Below, piece by piece: positions 1-8,435 of a stretch of DNA of 64,000 nucleotides. Source of the stretch: Vulcanimicrobiota bacterium (GTDB taxonomy: Bacteria; Vulcanimicrobiota; Vulcanimicrobiia; Vulcanimicrobiales; Vulcanimicrobiaceae). Where the stretch lies: positions 32,001-96,000 of the forward strand of contig OY968762.1 of assembly GCA_963695225.1 (NCBI GenBank), read 5' to 3'. The stretch's first letter is position 1; every line of letters starts with the position of its first letter. The translations under genes and the position numbers were made by a program. Below the pieces are notes generated by a model, which worked only from the letters and a program-made list of their open reading frames with translations, ran no database searches and had not been told where the DNA came from.

Positions 1-3000
1 ACTCGAGGTCTGGAACACGCGCGAGCTTGCTCACCAGTGCCTCGAGGATTGCGTGGTCTGCGTGATCGATACCCGAAGGTAACGCCATGAAAATGCGGTT
101 AGCGAGCTGCGCATCATCATCGATGTTCGTCGTCAGGGCGAGCGCCACGATGCGGTCAGGATAGCGCCTCTTAAAAAAGAGCAAATTGTGGGCTGCCGCG
201 CGTCGCACCTCGAGCCGGGGATCTGACAGCAGTCGCGCAAATAGGCGCTGCCGCATCTCGCCGTCACGGTCGTCCGAACCGACGCGAAGCGGAAGGGCGT
301 TTGAGACCCCTATTGCAGCTTCGATGCTCCCTTGATTGAGGACGCGGTGCGCGAACGCCTCGCCGCTCGCTGGGTCACGCTCGAGCCTCGTCGCGACGAA
401 GGGGGCGATGCCTTGCAAATACCTTGGGTCACCGCGCTCGAGGATCGCTTCGCCGAGCGAATCGCTGAGATCCGGCCGCAAACGCGAAATTTCCCAAAAG
501 ATGTGCCATGGCGTCCCGCCAAGACCGGCGCGCCCGATCGCGTCGAGGCGCGCAGCGAGGTCCTCCAAGAGGCCGTTCGGTTCGGGGAACTCCGCGACTA
601 GCTGCTCTGTGGTGCGCTCGAGAAACGCTGCGCGCCGCTGCTCGCCGACGGCTGGATCCTCGGTACGGAGGTCGACGAACGTGTCGAAGACGAGGAAGCT
701 GTCGATCATGGCGCGGTATCGGTTGCGCTCGGCGGTTGGAGCAAGCCGATCCAGAATCGATCCGGCGCGCTCGAGAACGAGTCGTGTCCTGCCGTACTGC
801 GCGTAGAAGCCCAAGGAGTGGAAAATACGCAGCTCGCGGATTGGCCATGCGCCGCCTACAATGATGCGGTCGAAGGCGTCGAACGCCATCGCCCGCTCGC
901 GATCCCAGGATGCGATGGTTTCGAGTGTCGGCTCAACAATCTGGTTTTCCGGGTCGCGCAATAGGTCAACGAGCAGCTTGATGGCGCGGTCTGCACGGCG
1001 ATCATCGGGTCCCAAAGCGCTCGCGGCGACCATAGAGATGGTGCGGTCACGCAGCAGTCGCACCGAGTCAACGGCTAGCACCGTCCGATGAATCGTGAGT
1101 TGTGTCGCGCGCGAGAGCATCGAAGAAACGTCCCGCTTGAGGACGGGGGCGACGAGGTCCAAGAGTGAGTGCTGGGGAGTGTCACGTTCGCCGCGATCAA
1201 GGAGAGCGCCAACGGCATCGACAATTCTCGCAGCCAGTCCGGAGCCGACGCCGATTTCGTACGCAGCGAGATCGGTGATGAGACGTAACGGATCCTCACG
1301 GCTATGGTTGGTGTCGCTTTCTTTCCCCAGGTGCCACAAGAGCTGGACGCACCGCGCGACGAGGTTTGGCGATCCGAGCATCACGAACCTTAGAACGCCC
1401 GGAATTTCGCGCAGTACGTCATCGTGAGTGAGCACGAAGCCGGCGTTGAAGAAGGGTTGCGTGTCCTCGTTCGTCGCAGGATGAGCGACGAGGTACGTGA
1501 CGAGTTCGTAGACGTCATCGGGCTTATAGAAACCGAGCTCGTTGAGGCTTTCGAGGAACTGCGCACGAACTAAACTGTTCGCCGACTTGACGATCTCTTG
1601 CACGTGATACCACGCGGGCGTGAAGACATCGGGGCCGTCGGTTGTGCGGGACTCGAGGTCGGCGATCGCAATGTTTCGTAAGAGTTGCGCGTTGAGTGGA
1701 AAATGTTCGAGGAGCCGCAGATGAAAAGCCGTTTGTCGTCCGCGGACGACGAGGGCTTCGAGAAGGATCGATTGTCGGAGCATCTCCGGCGCGATGAGGT
1801 ACTGAAATCCCCGGCGGACCAGGACCCCCGCGTCGTCGAGTGCGTCTAGCGCGCGGAGAAGACGGTCAACGTCCATGTCAACCGCCGCGGCGGCACCGGC
1901 AAGCCACACCTCGTCCTCGATCTTCGCCGGGCCGAGTGCGGCAAGCAGCTGAAGGGTCGCCTTTACATCGTCTTTCGGCACGTCGTCGGAGACGCGACCA
2001 GTAGCGATCTCCCGGTACAGTGAACGGACGAGGTCGCGGACGTCTGCGTTGCTCTTCAGATCGCTGGGGTTGCTGCGTTGGTCTCGCAACAGCCGGGTCG
2101 TGAGAATCGTGTCGAGCGGGGTATCGATCGCGAACTTGACGATTGCTTCCTCAACGTGAGGGTCTTCGTTGCCAAGGACTTGTCGCACGAGCGCGATCGT
2201 GGGCTCGCGTGTTAAGGGTCGCAGCGGGATCGGCCGAACCTCGTCGGGTGCAAAACCCGCCTGTACGACGCTGTCGTACAGTAACGTGGTAGAGGACGGG
2301 CCCGTTAGGAGGATCTTGAGCTCGGGCATTCGGAGCGCGTGGGTAAGCAGCGCCTGGAGACCATCGACATCCGGCGCGTCATCGACGACGAGCAGACCAG
2401 GCCCAAACCGCAGTTCCCGCAAGGCCTCGGAGGTGACGGCCATGCCCGGTACGTGAAAGACTGTGGAGCGGCCCGGGATCGGAGTCGCGGTCAGGTCGTA
2501 GGCCGTTTTCGTCTTCCCAATGCCGATCGGGCCTGTCACGATCGCGACCCGCTCGCCTGAAGCGAGGAATGACCTCAACTCGTCGAGCGCAGCCGGCGAT
2601 CCGACGCGGGTCCACGCATGATTGATGGGCCGAGCGGGATCTACAAAAGGTTCGAAGTACGCGTCGTGCCCGATGAACGTTGTTACGCGGCCACGGCCGA
2701 GGAACGGCGCAACGAAGCTCGCACCAAGATTCCGTTCGATGTAGTCGGCGGCTTCATCGTGCGGAAGCTCGCGGACCGCGTCGCTGAGACGCACTTGGTC
2801 CCAGAGTTCCCACTTCGCGTGCTTACCGAGTTCCGTGCGCGCGCCGACCGTCGCTCGTTGCGAGAGCGCGAGGATGTACCCGTCGGCTCGGTACGTCGCC
2901 TGCGCGACAGCCTTCGCGACGTCCCTCGCTCCGAAGTTTGCTACCTTTTTTGCTTGAATCCCGAGATGACCGCGCTCATCCGAATCAGCGCGGATATCTA

Positions 3001-3205
3001 TGCCTGCTTGATCATCGCCCGAGACGCCATGAAATTCGACGTTGGTATAGCCACCAACGCGACGAAAGAGGTCACGGACCGCCTCTTCGAACCAGGGCCA
3101 GGGCTGATTCGGATCGTTGAACGGTAGGTAAGGAATGCGGGGTCGAATCGGCAGGGCACCGACGTCGTGCGTCGGCCTCGAACGATCGGGATTGTGGGTG
3201 CTCAC
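1..3205 (-). CDS. Mrr-like PD-(D/E)xK nuclease - STAND NTPase - HEAT/ARM repeat protein (Avs/NLR-like), 3' end beyond window
   Basis: Hand translation from GTG at 3205 (GGAGG RBS; overlaps PIN stop as GTGA): LPFNDPNQPWPWFEEAVRDLF...GDDQAGIDIRADSDERGHLGIQAKK (Mrr-like), GPIGIGKT (Walker A, ~2511-2533), LLVVDD (Walker B), LLSDPRLEVRRAAAHNL (HEAT-like, near 180-230). No stop in the segments translated, and the ORF track has no terminated ORF in this frame. Confidence 0.85.
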   Translation of the reverse strand, partial: MSTHNPDRSRPTHDVGALPIRPRIPYLPFNDPNQPWPWFEEAVRDLFRRVGGYTNVEFHGVSGDDQAGIDIRADSDERGHLGIQAKKVANFGARDVAKAVAQATYRADGYILALSQRATVGARTELGKHAKWELWDQVRLSDAVRELPHDEAADYIERNLGASFVAPFLGRGRVTTFIGHDAYFEPFVDPARPINHAWTRVGSPAALDELRSFLASGERVAIVTGPIGIGKTKTAYDLTATPIPGRSTVFHVPGMAVTSEALRELRFGPGLLVVDDAPDVDGLQALLTHALRMPELKILLTGPSSTTLLYDSVVQAGFAPDEVRPIPLRPLTREPTIALVRQVLGNEDPHVEEAIVKFAIDTPLDTILTTRLLRDQRSNPSDLKSNADVRDLVRSLYREIATGRVSDDVPKDDVKATLQLLAALGPAKIEDEVWLAGAAAAVDMDVDRLLRALDALDDAGVLVRRGFQYLIAPEMLRQSILLEALVVRGRQTAFHLRLLEHFPLNAQLLRNIAIADLESRTTDGPDVFTPAWYHVQEIVKSANSLVRAQFLESLNELGFYKPDDVYELVTYLVAHPATNEDTQPFFNAGFVLTHDDVLREIPGVLRFVMLGSPNLVARCVQLLWHLGKESDTNHSREDPLRLITDLAAYEIGVGSGLAARIVDAVGALLDRGERDTPQHSLLDLVAPVLKRDVSSMLSRATQLTIHRTVLAVDSVRLLRDRTISMVAASALGPDDRRADRAIKLLVDLLRDPENQIVEPTLETIASWDRERAMAFDAFDRIIVGGAWPIRELRIFHSLGFYAQYGRTRLVLERAGSILDRLAPTAERNRYRAMIDSFLVFDTFVDLRTEDPAVGEQRRAAFLERTTEQLVAEFPEPNGLLEDLAARLDAIGRAGLGGTPWHIFWEISRLRPDLSDSLGEAILERGDPRYLQGIAPFVATRLERDPASGEAFAHRVLNQGSIEAAIGVSNALPLRVGSDDRDGEMRQRLFARLLSDPRLEVRRAAAHNLLFFKRRYPDRIVALALTTNIDDDAQLANRIFMALPSGIDHADHAILEALVSKLARVPDLE

Positions 3206-3816
3206 CGGTCCTCCAAGTGGAGTGAGGACACGTCGACGCCGCCACGGTCTAAGAGCTCGCCCATGCGCTGCGCAAAGGCCGGCGCATGTCGGGCCAGCCG
3301 GTCGAGGACTGAATGGTGCGTCATCAGGGGTCTCTTAAGTGATGCCGCTTGCTCGAAGATACGGCGAGCGATGCGAACCTCGTTCCCGGGCCCCGCTTCG
3401 ACCAGCTCCGTCAGAAAGCGGTCCGCATTCAGCGGGCGGATTCGCCGTGGCAGCAACGCCTCGAGCGGAAAGTCCCGCACGTTCTGCGTGACGAGCAGGT
3501 CGGCGTCACTGCGAATCCCGGCGGCGAGGACGTGGCGATCCTTCGCATCGTTTCCCAAGCGGGGGATGAGAGACTCGTAGTCTTCGGTTAGAGCCTCCGG
3601 GAAAGCGTCGTTCATCAACGTGATGCGTCGCAGGGCTTGGGCCGGCGAGCAAAGTCCGTCGTCGACGAGGTTGCAACGAACCTCCTCGAGGATCTGCGGC
3701 GACCACCGCGGCAGATACAGGCCCAGCTCGGCAAGTGAGAGGAGTGTATCGCACAGCGGCATCGGGATGAGCACGTCCGCATCGAGGAGGGCGACAATCT
3801 CCTTAGCTAGGCTCAT
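3202..3816 (-). CDS. PIN domain protein (VapC50/PIN_3-like toxin)
   Basis: LLDADVLIP...WSPQILEE...DAKDRHVLAAG...LLVTQNVRDFP; ATG 3816 overlaps upstream HTH gene. Confidence 0.9.
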   Translation of the reverse strand: MSLAKEIVALLDADVLIPMPLCDTLLSLAELGLYLPRWSPQILEEVRCNLVDDGLCSPAQALRRITLMNDAFPEALTEDYESLIPRLGNDAKDRHVLAAGIRSDADLLVTQNVRDFPLEALLPRRIRPLNADRFLTELVEAGPGNEVRIARRIFEQAASLKRPLMTHHSVLDRLARHAPAFAQRMGELLDRGGVDVSSLHLEDR

Positions 3817-4246
3817 CGTAGGCGCCGAGCTCAACGCTCTGCTCGTGTAGTTCGCCCAGCGCGCTGCGCCGTCGACGATCGCGGCGCTCCTTGTAGGCGA
3901 GGACGTCGCCGAGCGTGACGCGATGATGGGTGCCGACCTTCAGCGCATTCAACTCGCCCGCGGCGACCAGGCGCCGCACGAACTCCCGCGAGACGCCCAG
4001 TACGCTGCCCACCTCTCGGAGGGATAGCTGCCGATCACTCGGGACGATGTGGACGCTGGCACCGCGGTCCAAGTGCGCGATGATGTTGCGCAAGGCCACA
4101 ACGATCGATTCGGGCAGGACGGCCGGCTCCCCGCCGACCTGCAACGTCACCACGCTGCCGGAACGCGGTTCGGCGAGGAGGAGGTACTTCAGGCGAGTGA
4201 CGGTCGCCCGGTCGGCTGGCAAAGCGGCGAGATGATCGAGGGGCAT
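3803..4246 (-). CDS. Excisionase-family HTH DNA-binding protein (VapB50-like antitoxin)
   Basis: LSLREVGSVLGVSREFVRRLVAAGELNALKVGTHHRV; directly upstream of PIN gene. Confidence 0.88.
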   Translation of the reverse strand: MPLDHLAALPADRATVTRLKYLLLAEPRSGSVVTLQVGGEPAVLPESIVVALRNIIAHLDRGASVHIVPSDRQLSLREVGSVLGVSREFVRRLVAAGELNALKVGTHHRVTLGDVLAYKERRDRRRRSALGELHEQSVELGAYDEPS

Positions 4247-4285
4247 GCAACCATTTTAGTCCATCAAGTGCTATAACTGCAACCA
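4246..4285 (-). promoter_or_regulatory. Leaderless sigma70-type promoter with TGGTTGCA direct repeats
   Basis: TTGCAG-18nt-TAAAAT-6nt-ATG on minus strand; TGGTTGCA at 4278-4285 and 4246-4253. Confidence 0.55.
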
Positions 4286-4437
4286 CCGCCGTATTCTGCT
4301 CGAGGGAGCGGATCCACGGAGCTTCTCGGTGGCCGCTTCGGGCGATCGTGCCATCGCTTTGGAGCCGATGACCAGTAAGTTCATTAGTTATCGGATTGCT
4401 ATTTACAGCTATGCGATACCTGTGCTACCATGGTCCC

Positions 4438-5112
4438 ATGGCGAAATTGAGCGTGACGCTGGCCGAGGGCGCAGATAGAGCGCTTCGAGCTCTCGCCCTT
4501 GAGCATGGGACGAATCACTCTGTCGTGACTGAGGCGGCTGTCATGCACCTTGCGCATCTCCCGGCATTTGAGAGAGAACGTTTAATCCGCGGTATTCACG
4601 CCAGCAAAAAAGCGTATACGCGGGGCAGATGGCGCGCAGCGTTCTGGGATGCGGTGTATGACGAATTTTGGTTCGCTCAAGAGTTGCGAAGCGGTCGGCT
4701 CAGCGATTATACGCCCTTGACCTTTGCCGGTTTCCAAATCTGGTTTCAGACCGATAGAGTGGCTGAGCCGGATCCGGAAGACGCTCCTTTCTACGTGCAG
4801 GTCATGGCGAACCCAAACGAGCAACGATTGTCCCCCAAAGACACGCGACATCAATTCACGTTTTCGCGAGACCTCTCCCCGTACGACGCCGCGCTCGAAG
4901 TCGCAAACTTTATTCGGGATCGGGTTTCCGCTCTAGGTACGCTTGAGATCGTTGAACTCCCAGGCGGGGGAAGGGCACTACTCGATCATGCTGGTCCGCA
5001 TTGGATGGCGCAGCCAGAAATCGATCCAACACGGTTGCCAATAGCTGTAAACGGCGAAACCGGATCTTTCATTTTGGAATATCGCTACGTCTTGCGACGG
5101 CGACAAACTTAG
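4438..5112 (+). CDS. Hypothetical protein with N-terminal ribbon-helix-helix
   Basis: MAKLSVTLAEGADRALRALALEHGTNHSVVTEAAV pattern; TTTACA-18-TACCAT-6nt-ATG leaderless promoter. Confidence 0.6.
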   Translation: MAKLSVTLAEGADRALRALALEHGTNHSVVTEAAVMHLAHLPAFERERLIRGIHASKKAYTRGRWRAAFWDAVYDEFWFAQELRSGRLSDYTPLTFAGFQIWFQTDRVAEPDPEDAPFYVQVMANPNEQRLSPKDTRHQFTFSRDLSPYDAALEVANFIRDRVSALGTLEIVELPGGGRALLDHAGPHWMAQPEIDPTRLPIAVNGETGSFILEYRYVLRRRQT

Positions 5113-5189
5113 GGCCAGGACCTACCGGCGCTGCATTACGCCGGGAGCGGCGGCATGGAGACCTGGAAAATGAATGAACGCTTGCGATG

Positions 5190-5882
5190 CTACCAGCCTA
5201 CGGGCTTCTTGATGGTCTTGCCTTGCGCGTCGATGAGGACGCTTGGGAACTGTGCTGCAGCCAAATGTTCTTCCCTAATATCGCGCGAAAACTTCGCGAT
5301 CTTGCGCAATGTGATGCTTTGTTTCGCCTGTGGTGCCGGTCCAGGACGTCCGGTAATGCGATGCTGACAGTCAGCCGTGCTCTGCGAATGAGGGTTGAAG
5401 ATGCCGACCGGAATATTCAACTCCTTGTTGATGATTCGCACAGGCTCTGCGAGATCAGAGTCGTTCGTAACAACGATGAGCTGATCGCAATCGTTGCGGA
5501 AAGCATCGACAAGCATGTGCGTTGCGATATTGACGTCGGAGCCTTTCTCTTCCATTTTCACGACCTGAACCGTAGCGGGACCGCCGACGGGTGGATTGGC
5601 AAGCCGCATGCGCGGTTTGCTCTCCAGAAAATGGCCATAGTGAACGGTGAGGTTCGGGATTGTTTCGAGCGCGCGAATGAAGAACTGCTGCCGGTTGGCC
5701 ATATGGGGGTCGGCGGGCGTCGATTTTACGAGTGCCGTAAAATAGCGAATCCGGTTGATGCTAAGTCCTGGGAGAACTTCTAGGCAGAGCTTCGCAACGT
5801 CGAGCCATTTGTATGGCGTGCCCTTGACGGCACCGTAATAGAGATTGAAGCCGTCGATGTAGATATTGGTGCGAATTCCCAG
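5190..5882 (-). CDS. NYN domain (LabA/DUF88) ribonuclease, non-canonical CTG/ATT start
   Basis: Frame extends upstream of ORF-track start: GIRTNIYIDGFNLYYG...IRYFTA...EEKGSDVNIA...VTNDSDL. Confidence 0.88.
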   Translation of the reverse strand: MGIRTNIYIDGFNLYYGAVKGTPYKWLDVAKLCLEVLPGLSINRIRYFTALVKSTPADPHMANRQQFFIRALETIPNLTVHYGHFLESKPRMRLANPPVGGPATVQVVKMEEKGSDVNIATHMLVDAFRNDCDQLIVVTNDSDLAEPVRIINKELNIPVGIFNPHSQSTADCQHRITGRPGPAPQAKQSITLRKIAKFSRDIREEHLAAAQFPSVLIDAQGKTIKKPVGW

Positions 5883-5890
5883 GCTCCTAG

Positions 5891-5948
5891 AAAAAGCAAA
5901 GCCGCCTTGCGGCGGCTCGCACCCTCGCTCCGAAGATTGAGGGGGGAT
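5891..5948 (-). ncRNA. Putative two-hairpin leader/small RNA with intrinsic terminator upstream of NYN gene
   Basis: CCCTC-aa-TC(TTCG)GA-gc-GAGGG, then AGCCGCC(GCAA)GGCGGCT plus T-rich tail; extended -10 TGcTATCCT at 5963-5955. Confidence 0.5.
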
Positions 5949-6192
5949 ACCTTTAGGATAGCAGCCTCGTCAAGGCGGGTCCTTAAGGTTAAAGGTGGCT
6001 CCTTTCCGGCGGGTGACCCGGACACGTGTCTGGGCAAAGGAAAAAGAGGCATTGGAGATTGGGTAATCTGGCCAATTCGGGCCAGGGCGCCAACCTTCGA
6101 GGCTTGACATCGGGTGATACCCTGAGAAACTTGGCCGCCGGCCGGTAACCGGAGGCGGGTTGACTATCTTACCTGAGGAACAAGCGCATCAG

Positions 6193-6351
6193 ATGAGTCG
6201 CGTTGAAGACTTAAGAGAGAACGCGACCGTTCGCGGGATTTTGCCTAGCGGTCTCGTCACCGTGGTCAGTACGAAGTGGTATGGGTCGGCCGCCCTAGCT
6301 CAGGCGCAGGCCGTCGAGCAGATCGCCGATCGCCTCCGCCGGCGCCCGTAG
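6193..6351 (+). pseudogene. SNF2/DUF3883-type helicase N-terminal fragment fused to probable integrase C-terminal tail
   Basis: MSRVEDLRENATVRGILPSGLVTVVSTKWYGS resembles the start of SNF2-DUF3883 helicases, then abruptly AQAQAVEQIADRLRRRP*. Confidence 0.6.
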
Positions 6352-6498
6352 GGGCCACGGAGAGCGGTGACCATTTGGTGACCATACGGGTCACCAAAGG
6401 CGGGTACTGGACAATACCAGACGAGCCGCGATGTCGCGCAAACTCCTACGCGGCGGGCTTCTTCGACACCAGGCGCTACGGAACGACACCGCTACCCT

Positions 6499-6522
6499 CG
6501 AGTTCGAGTCTCGGTCATCCCA
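6499..6522 (+). mobile_element. tRNA 3'-half-like att remnant (island boundary)
   Basis: CGAG-TTCGAGT-CTCGG-TCATCCC-A: T-arm plus acceptor 3' strand, with no 5' half or CCA. Confidence 0.55.
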
Positions 6523-6646
6523 GCGAAAACCCGCGGGCCGGCGACCTTCGCTTTTCGGTTCGCGAAAACGAGAGGATGCGGGCTCTTCGGGCCCCAAGCA
6601 TGAGGGGTTTGTCTAGGCAAATCAGCTTGCTTTCGGAGATCCCTCC

Positions 6647-7435
6647 TTGAAGATCGTGGTAACCGTCAAACTGGTTCCGGATACGAATGCGGACAAGCGC
6701 TTCGATCCGGCGACCAATCGCCTGGTGCGCGCGGGCGTCGAAACCGTCCTCAACCCTTTCGATGAATTCGCGATCGAAGCGGCGTTGCAACTCAAAGAGA
6801 AACTCGGGGCCGATACGACCGTGACCGTCTGCGCGATGGCTCCCGAAACCGGAAAGGAAATCGTTCGCAAAGCTCTCGCGATGGGCGCCGACGACGCGAT
6901 CGTCGTGAGCGACAGTGCCCTCGAGGGGAGCGATCTCTGGACGACGGCGTCGGTCTTGGCGCATGCGATCAAGAAGAACGGTTTCGACCTCGTCCTATGC
7001 GGCACGCAATCGACCGACGCGAACACGGGCAATCTGCCCGGCCAACTCGCAGAGTTGCTCGGCGTCCCGGGCGTGACGAACGTTCGCAAGCTCGAGCTTG
7101 CGGGCAACGCGGTGAGCGCCGAGCGCGAGACCGACAACGGCTATCAAAAGATCGTCGCGGAGTTGCCGGCGCTCGTCAGCGTCACGAAATCGATCAACAC
7201 GCCGCGGTATCCCGCGCTTAAAGGCATCATGGGCGCGAAGAAAAAGCCGATCGCGATCTGGCCGGTCGCCGAACTCGGCCTCGACCATCCCGTCGGCGCC
7301 GCCGGCGCCAAGACGGAGGTCACGAACCTCGCCCCTGCGCCCGCCCGCGGGAAAGGCCGGACGGTCGCCGTCGCCGACGGTGCCGAAGGCGCCAAAGTCA
7401 TCGTTGAGTTCTTGAAAGAGAAGAAGCTACTCTAA
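6647..7435 (+). CDS. etfB: Electron transfer flavoprotein beta subunit
   Basis: MKIVVTVKLVPD, NPFDEFAIEAAL, GTQSTD, PRYPALKGIMGAKKK. Confidence 0.95.
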   Translation: MKIVVTVKLVPDTNADKRFDPATNRLVRAGVETVLNPFDEFAIEAALQLKEKLGADTTVTVCAMAPETGKEIVRKALAMGADDAIVVSDSALEGSDLWTTASVLAHAIKKNGFDLVLCGTQSTDANTGNLPGQLAELLGVPGVTNVRKLELAGNAVSAERETDNGYQKIVAELPALVSVTKSINTPRYPALKGIMGAKKKPIAIWPVAELGLDHPVGAAGAKTEVTNLAPAPARGKGRTVAVADGAEGAKVIVEFLKEKKLL

Positions 7436-8403
7436 TGCGCGACGTCATCGTCTTCATCGAACACAAAGGCGGCGTTCCCCGCCGCGTCTCCCTCGAACTC
7501 GCGACCAAGGCGGCCGACGTCGCCAAGGCGCTCGGCGGCAAGGCGCACGCAGTCGTCTTGGGCGCGGGGGCACAGAGCGTCGCCACGGCGCTCGCGGCCT
7601 ATCCGCTCGACGCGATCCACGTCACCGAAGACGCGGACGTCGATGCGTTCCTGGTCGATCCGGCCGTCGATTACCTCGAAGCGGTCGCGCGCGCGACCGG
7701 CCCCGCGCTCGTCCTCGCCCCGAACACGATGCTCGGACGCGACGTCGGCAGCCGGCTCGCGGCACGTTTGGGCGCCGGGATGAGTTCCGACGTGACCGAA
7801 CTGGACGTCACGGGCTCGAACGTGCTGAGCGTTTCCCCGAAGCTCGGCGGGCTCACGATCACGACGTGCTCCTTCAAGAGCGACTACGGCGTGGCCGTCG
7901 TCCGGCCGAACACGTTCAAGGCGGTTCCCGGAGCGGGCGCGGGCGAGATCGTCGCGCTGGCCAAGCCCGAAGGCAAAACCTATCGCATGAAGGTCGAGGC
8001 CGAGGTCGAGGAGGCTGCGGCGGAACTCGGAGTCGAGGAAGCGTCGACCGTCGTCGCCGGAGGGCGCGGCGCGGGTGGGCCGGAGCCGTTCCACACGATT
8101 CTCAAGGATCTGGCGGACGCTCTCGGTGGCGCGGTCGGCGCCTCGCGCGCGGCCGTCGATGCGGGTTGGATCACGCACGCGCATCAAGTCGGGCAGACCG
8201 GGAAGACGGTCAGCCCGCAACTCTATATCGCCTGCGGCATCTCGGGGGCGATCCAACACAAGGTCGGGATGCGCACTAGCGGCACGATCGTCGCGATCAA
8301 CAAGGACGGCAACGTCCCGATCGCCGACTTCGCCGACCTGCTCGTCGTCGGGGATCTCTTTGCGATCGTCCCCGAACTCACTAAAGCCGTGCGCGGCAAC
8401 TGA
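7435..8403 (+). CDS. etfA: Electron transfer flavoprotein alpha subunit
   Basis: GASRAAVDAGW, QVGQTGKTVSPQLYIACGISGAIQH. Confidence 0.95.
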   Translation: MRDVIVFIEHKGGVPRRVSLELATKAADVAKALGGKAHAVVLGAGAQSVATALAAYPLDAIHVTEDADVDAFLVDPAVDYLEAVARATGPALVLAPNTMLGRDVGSRLAARLGAGMSSDVTELDVTGSNVLSVSPKLGGLTITTCSFKSDYGVAVVRPNTFKAVPGAGAGEIVALAKPEGKTYRMKVEAEVEEAAAELGVEEASTVVAGGRGAGGPEPFHTILKDLADALGGAVGASRAAVDAGWITHAHQVGQTGKTVSPQLYIACGISGAIQHKVGMRTSGTIVAINKDGNVPIADFADLLVVGDLFAIVPELTKAVRGN

Positions 8404-8435
8404 CGCACGCATTCGTTCGGAATAGGAACTGCATC

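Noticed and set aside
310..3127. Short ORF-track calls on both strands
   Set aside because: They are shadows of the long minus-strand nuclease-STAND gene.
6499..6522. Complete tRNA gene
   Set aside because: No D-arm, anticodon arm, matching 5' acceptor strand or CCA; kept only as an att remnant.
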